Shown: positions 16,393 to 19,340 of the stretch, one piece after another
Layout: every line of letters begins with the position of its first letter
Position numbering within the stretch: the stretch's first letter is position 1
Source: Candidatus Micrarchaeia archaeon
GTDB taxonomy: Archaea > Micrarchaeota > Micrarchaeia > Micrarchaeales > CABMGC01
DNA: 19,340 nucleotides
Direction: 5' to 3'
Assembly: GCA_049966395.1 (NCBI GenBank)
Contig: JBMFUT010000014.1
Span: 1-19,340, forward strand
Notes under the pieces: model-generated
What the model was told of the DNA's origin: nothing
The model's input: the letters and a program-made list of their open reading frames with translations, nothing else
Database searches by the model: none
Program-made: the position numbers and the translations under genes

Positions 16393-16412
16393 AAGCGGGA
16401 GGGTTTTTATAA
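16393..16412 (+). promoter_or_regulatory. Putative BRE/TATA for the large phosphoesterase-like gene
   Basis: Purine-rich stretch then TTTTTATAA (16404-16412), predicting a transcription start near 16435. Confidence 0.5.
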
Positions 16413-16444
16413 CTTTTCTGGCGATATGTTTACGTGGGGATCGC

Positions 16445-19177
16445 ATAGGGGAACAACCAGTTTCTACAGATAAAAGCGATAAGAAACTGCATCCTTATAG
16501 AATTCTTGTTCTTTCCGACGTTTTCAGTGGCACTCCTGCATTCAGCAGCGATAATTTCATAGGCCTTGCGGAATATTTCAAACAAGGCGGCGAGCAGAAG
16601 CCCGACATGGTAGTTTGGTTCGGCGGCACTTCTGGTCTCCTATCATGGATACCAATATACGAGCACGAAGACCAGATGGAGCTTATACAAAAAGGCATAA
16701 ATTTCATGCCAAGCATTGCAGCTGTTGTAAAGCCCCATTTCGAAAGGCTTTTCAACGTGATTGGAGACAAAGCCGAGATATTTGCTGTGCCAGGTATAGC
16801 AGATTACGAGAACATAAAAGCAATCAAGACTGATTTGGATAGCGCATACCGCCACAAGCACGAATGGCTTCAAAGCGAATTCGCAAAAAGAAACTTAAGC
16901 ATGAAAACCACAAAGGATGCAATAAAAGAAGCCGAGCATTCCAGGGACGTTTTGAAAAAGTACCTTGAAAAGCACCCTAACGACCAAAGGGCCCTTAAGG
17001 AATACAAAAACGCCGAACGCACAATAAAGCTTAACAAGGCGGAATACGCCGATTTAAAGGAGCACGCGGAGATGCTCAAAGTCCTTATGGACGAATACAT
17101 GCGCGGGCTCAACAAGGACAAACTGGAATCTACAATAAAGACGCTTACAAAATTGCGCAAGGAAGAAAATGCCAAGCTGGAAAAGCTTGACAATTCTAAC
17201 GGAGGCAGTGCGGAGTACTACCACGTCCTATCAAATATAAAAGCAATATCAAACCTGCTCAGAGCTGCCAAGAAGAGACTTATAGAGCTTGGAAACCTGG
17301 AACTGTCGTCATCCCCAAGCGGGCCTGAATCAATCATAGAATTTTTCACACACAACGTCAGGATGAAGCCAGAAACAGCCAAAATAACGAAGCAGCTTGC
17401 AAAGATAGACTACTTCTCATTCGTAAAGGATGTAGACAGGAACCACAACATAAACATAGTCGAAAACGATATCACTGTAATACCTAAGAAACTTAATGGC
17501 TTCGAATTCAACATAGTCCTAAAAGGTGTACCTAACCTGGGCGTGTCAACAAAAACCTATTCAGTAAATAGCAACACCAAAGTTGTAGAGAACTTTTACA
17601 ACAGCATAGAATCAGTGGGCGACAGAGAAGTGCTTAAGAAACCGCTTACGCTGCTGATTAGCGGCGGGCATATCTTTACATCTTTTTCGGTAGAACCTAC
17701 TTTCGACCTAGACAGCAGCCGCTTGCTAGTGTCACTTGCAAAGGGACCTTTTGCCGACAGGGAGGCGCTAGGAGGAATGCTTAGAAAAATGGTAGTAACA
17801 AGGACAACGAAAGAAATAGAAAAACTGCCTCTGGATTCAAGTGCAAGCATAATAGACATATATCCAAATGGCGAATTCTCGCACACTCTGCTGACAAGCA
17901 ACCTGCTTAAGATAAAGCGCATAGAGTCGGACAAGGAGGAACTGCCTATCGCAAATAAGCTGATAGAGGAAAAAGTGAAGAAAAAAGCAGAAAATAGAAA
18001 TGGAAAAGCTTCATCTAACGAAGAAAAGGCCATAGAAGAGAGCATTGCAAATGCCGAGAAAATAGTAAAAGACGAAAAGCTTGACATGCTCAGGATGCAG
18101 CAGCGCAGGCCTTCCGAGTTGAAAGACTACGAGGCGAAATCTCTTTCCGTAAAGCAGATCCTAGGGTTGATCTCGCATGCAAGCGAGAAGATACCGACGG
18201 ACATAACTAAGATCGGAGCAGTGGCTTACAGCGATGTACACTGGGGAGGGTGGGCGCAAGTAGACCTTCTTGACACGGCGGTCAAGCTTGGCAAAAAGTA
18301 CTTCCATAACCTCGATGACAGCAAGATCCCAATATTGCTTTTGAATGGCGATATGATAGAAGGCAACCTTGCAAATTTCAAAAATCAACCTGCCAAAAGG
18401 ACGCTCCCGAATACTCCAGAAGAATATAAAGCATACTTGGAGAAGCGCGGCTTGAGCCAGGAAGAAATATACAAAGAGCTATACAAAATGCACCAGAATG
18501 TCAGCATAATAGAAACAATAAGCGCACAAGCAGAAACTCTTGTTGAGAGAATGCTTCCGGTTATAGATGAAGTAATAAGCAAAAACGGATATATAATAAT
18601 AGTCAGTGGCAATCATTTCAACAACACAGTCAGAGGCCACGAGTGGGACGAAGCGACAGAATTAGAAGGCAGAATAAAGTCCTACCTAAAAGGCAAGGGC
18701 GTAGGAGAAGATAGAGTAATAGTGGTCACAGGGGAGGAATACGGCATAGGCAACATACCTATAGGCGATACCGAAAACACAATAAGGGTACAGCACAAGC
18801 TTGCTAGAGCACTCGAAAAGAAGCCAAAAGCAATATCACTAAAAAGAGTACCCACTGCCGCTGTATTCGAAAGCCATTACCACGAGGCGAGGGAAACTGC
18901 CAGCGGAGACCTGCAGACCTTCGAGACTGTTAGCATGCAGTATGAGGACGAAAACACGTATGTTTCTGAATTCCCGCAGGCGATAAGCAACGCCACGAGA
19001 GGGTTCATAATAGTAGAGGCAGAGTTCAAGGACAACAAGACCATAAAGAGCACATACACGCCAATACTAAGGGCAAACCTAGAGAGGAACGGCGAACTTG
19101 AACGCTCGCTTTACGAAGATTTCAGGAAGGAGACATTTACTATAAGGGCTCCGCAGCAAAAAGAGAAAGTAAAATAG
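16445..19177 (+). CDS. Large (~860-910 aa) protein: degenerate metallophosphoesterase domain with coiled-coil insertion plus intact C-terminal calcineurin-like phosphoesterase domain
   Basis: C-terminal motifs YSDVHWG (D at 18233), NGDMIEG (G at 18347), SGNH (G at 18608), QH (H at 18794) and SHYH (H at 18875). The frame is open from 16376 and encodes YRILVLSDVFSG...KPD directly before Met 16607. The start is uncertain: ATA 16445 is proposed, and the first ATG is 16607. Confidence 0.82.
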   Translation: MGEQPVSTDKSDKKLHPYRILVLSDVFSGTPAFSSDNFIGLAEYFKQGGEQKPDMVVWFGGTSGLLSWIPIYEHEDQMELIQKGINFMPSIAAVVKPHFERLFNVIGDKAEIFAVPGIADYENIKAIKTDLDSAYRHKHEWLQSEFAKRNLSMKTTKDAIKEAEHSRDVLKKYLEKHPNDQRALKEYKNAERTIKLNKAEYADLKEHAEMLKVLMDEYMRGLNKDKLESTIKTLTKLRKEENAKLEKLDNSNGGSAEYYHVLSNIKAISNLLRAAKKRLIELGNLELSSSPSGPESIIEFFTHNVRMKPETAKITKQLAKIDYFSFVKDVDRNHNINIVENDITVIPKKLNGFEFNIVLKGVPNLGVSTKTYSVNSNTKVVENFYNSIESVGDREVLKKPLTLLISGGHIFTSFSVEPTFDLDSSRLLVSLAKGPFADREALGGMLRKMVVTRTTKEIEKLPLDSSASIIDIYPNGEFSHTLLTSNLLKIKRIESDKEELPIANKLIEEKVKKKAENRNGKASSNEEKAIEESIANAEKIVKDEKLDMLRMQQRRPSELKDYEAKSLSVKQILGLISHASEKIPTDITKIGAVAYSDVHWGGWAQVDLLDTAVKLGKKYFHNLDDSKIPILLLNGDMIEGNLANFKNQPAKRTLPNTPEEYKAYLEKRGLSQEEIYKELYKMHQNVSIIETISAQAETLVERMLPVIDEVISKNGYIIIVSGNHFNNTVRGHEWDEATELEGRIKSYLKGKGVGEDRVIVVTGEEYGIGNIPIGDTENTIRVQHKLARALEKKPKAISLKRVPTAAVFESHYHEARETASGDLQTFETVSMQYEDENTYVSEFPQAISNATRGFIIVEAEFKDNKTIKSTYTPILRANLERNGELERSLYEDFRKETFTIRAPQQKEKVK

Positions 19178-19266
19178 AATGCAGCAAAACAATCTTCTAA
19201 TTGTCAGTGCAGAAAATATTAGGCTAATGCTGCCTGCAAATATTATGGACAAATTGACAATCAAGG

Positions 19267-19340
19267 GCCCTTGTAGTATAACTTGGATAGAACGCGGGCT
19301 TCCGGAGCCTGTGATCCGGGTTCGAATCCCGGCAAGGGCG
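19267..19340 (+). tRNA. tRNA-Arg(CCG)
   Basis: Acceptor GCCCTTG/CAAGGGC + G73 (last base of the window), anticodon arm CGGGC-TT-CCG-GA-GCCTG (CCG at 19302-19304), T arm CCGGG-TTCGAAT-CCCGG. Confidence 0.94.

Noticed and set aside
16251..19185. 8-bp direct repeat AATGCAGC flanking the large gene as a target-site duplication
   Set aside because: Too short to be significant, with no terminal inverted repeats or transposase.
15240..19331. Shared CGGGTTCGAATCCCG in tRNA-Asp and tRNA-Arg as attL/attR
   Set aside because: This is ordinary T-arm conservation between two complete, different tRNAs, and no integrase is present.
19179..19340. Open frame from ATG 19179 through tRNA-Arg as a split-integrase fragment
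   Set aside because: No integrase-like sequence is seen; it overlaps the probable tRNA promoter and is truncated by the window, so it cannot be supported.

Overview
Gene-dense archaeal chromosomal segment. Archaeal origin is shown by a tRNA-Tyr with C1:G72 and a 37/38 intron, tRNA-Tyr and tRNA-Asp lacking encoded CCA, TATA-type promoters and GGTGA-type ribosome-binding sites. My impression is a DPANN/Micrarchaeota-like organism, but that is inference. In order, the window holds: a small Cys/His zinc-finger gene; an HD-domain phosphohydrolase and a hypothetical gene (minus strand); an 11-subunit complex I-like operon (nuoABCDHIJKLMN, no nuoEFG); an RPA-like OB-fold gene; a 935-aa polytopic-membrane protein fused to two AAA ATPase domains; intron-containing tRNA-Tyr; a divergent DUF134 HTH / DUF5320-like pair around a tandem palindromic operator; tRNA-Asp; a ROK sugar kinase; a ~900-aa protein with a degenerate and an intact calcineurin-like phosphoesterase domain; and tRNA-Arg at the window end. 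The most notable observations are the membrane-anchored double-AAA ATPase, the apparent systematic rewiring of proton-translocation residues in the Nuo membrane arm, the DUF134 operator array, and the double-phosphoesterase protein, which seems to need a non-canonical start. All family and residue assignments were made by eye from remembered motifs, not from database searches.
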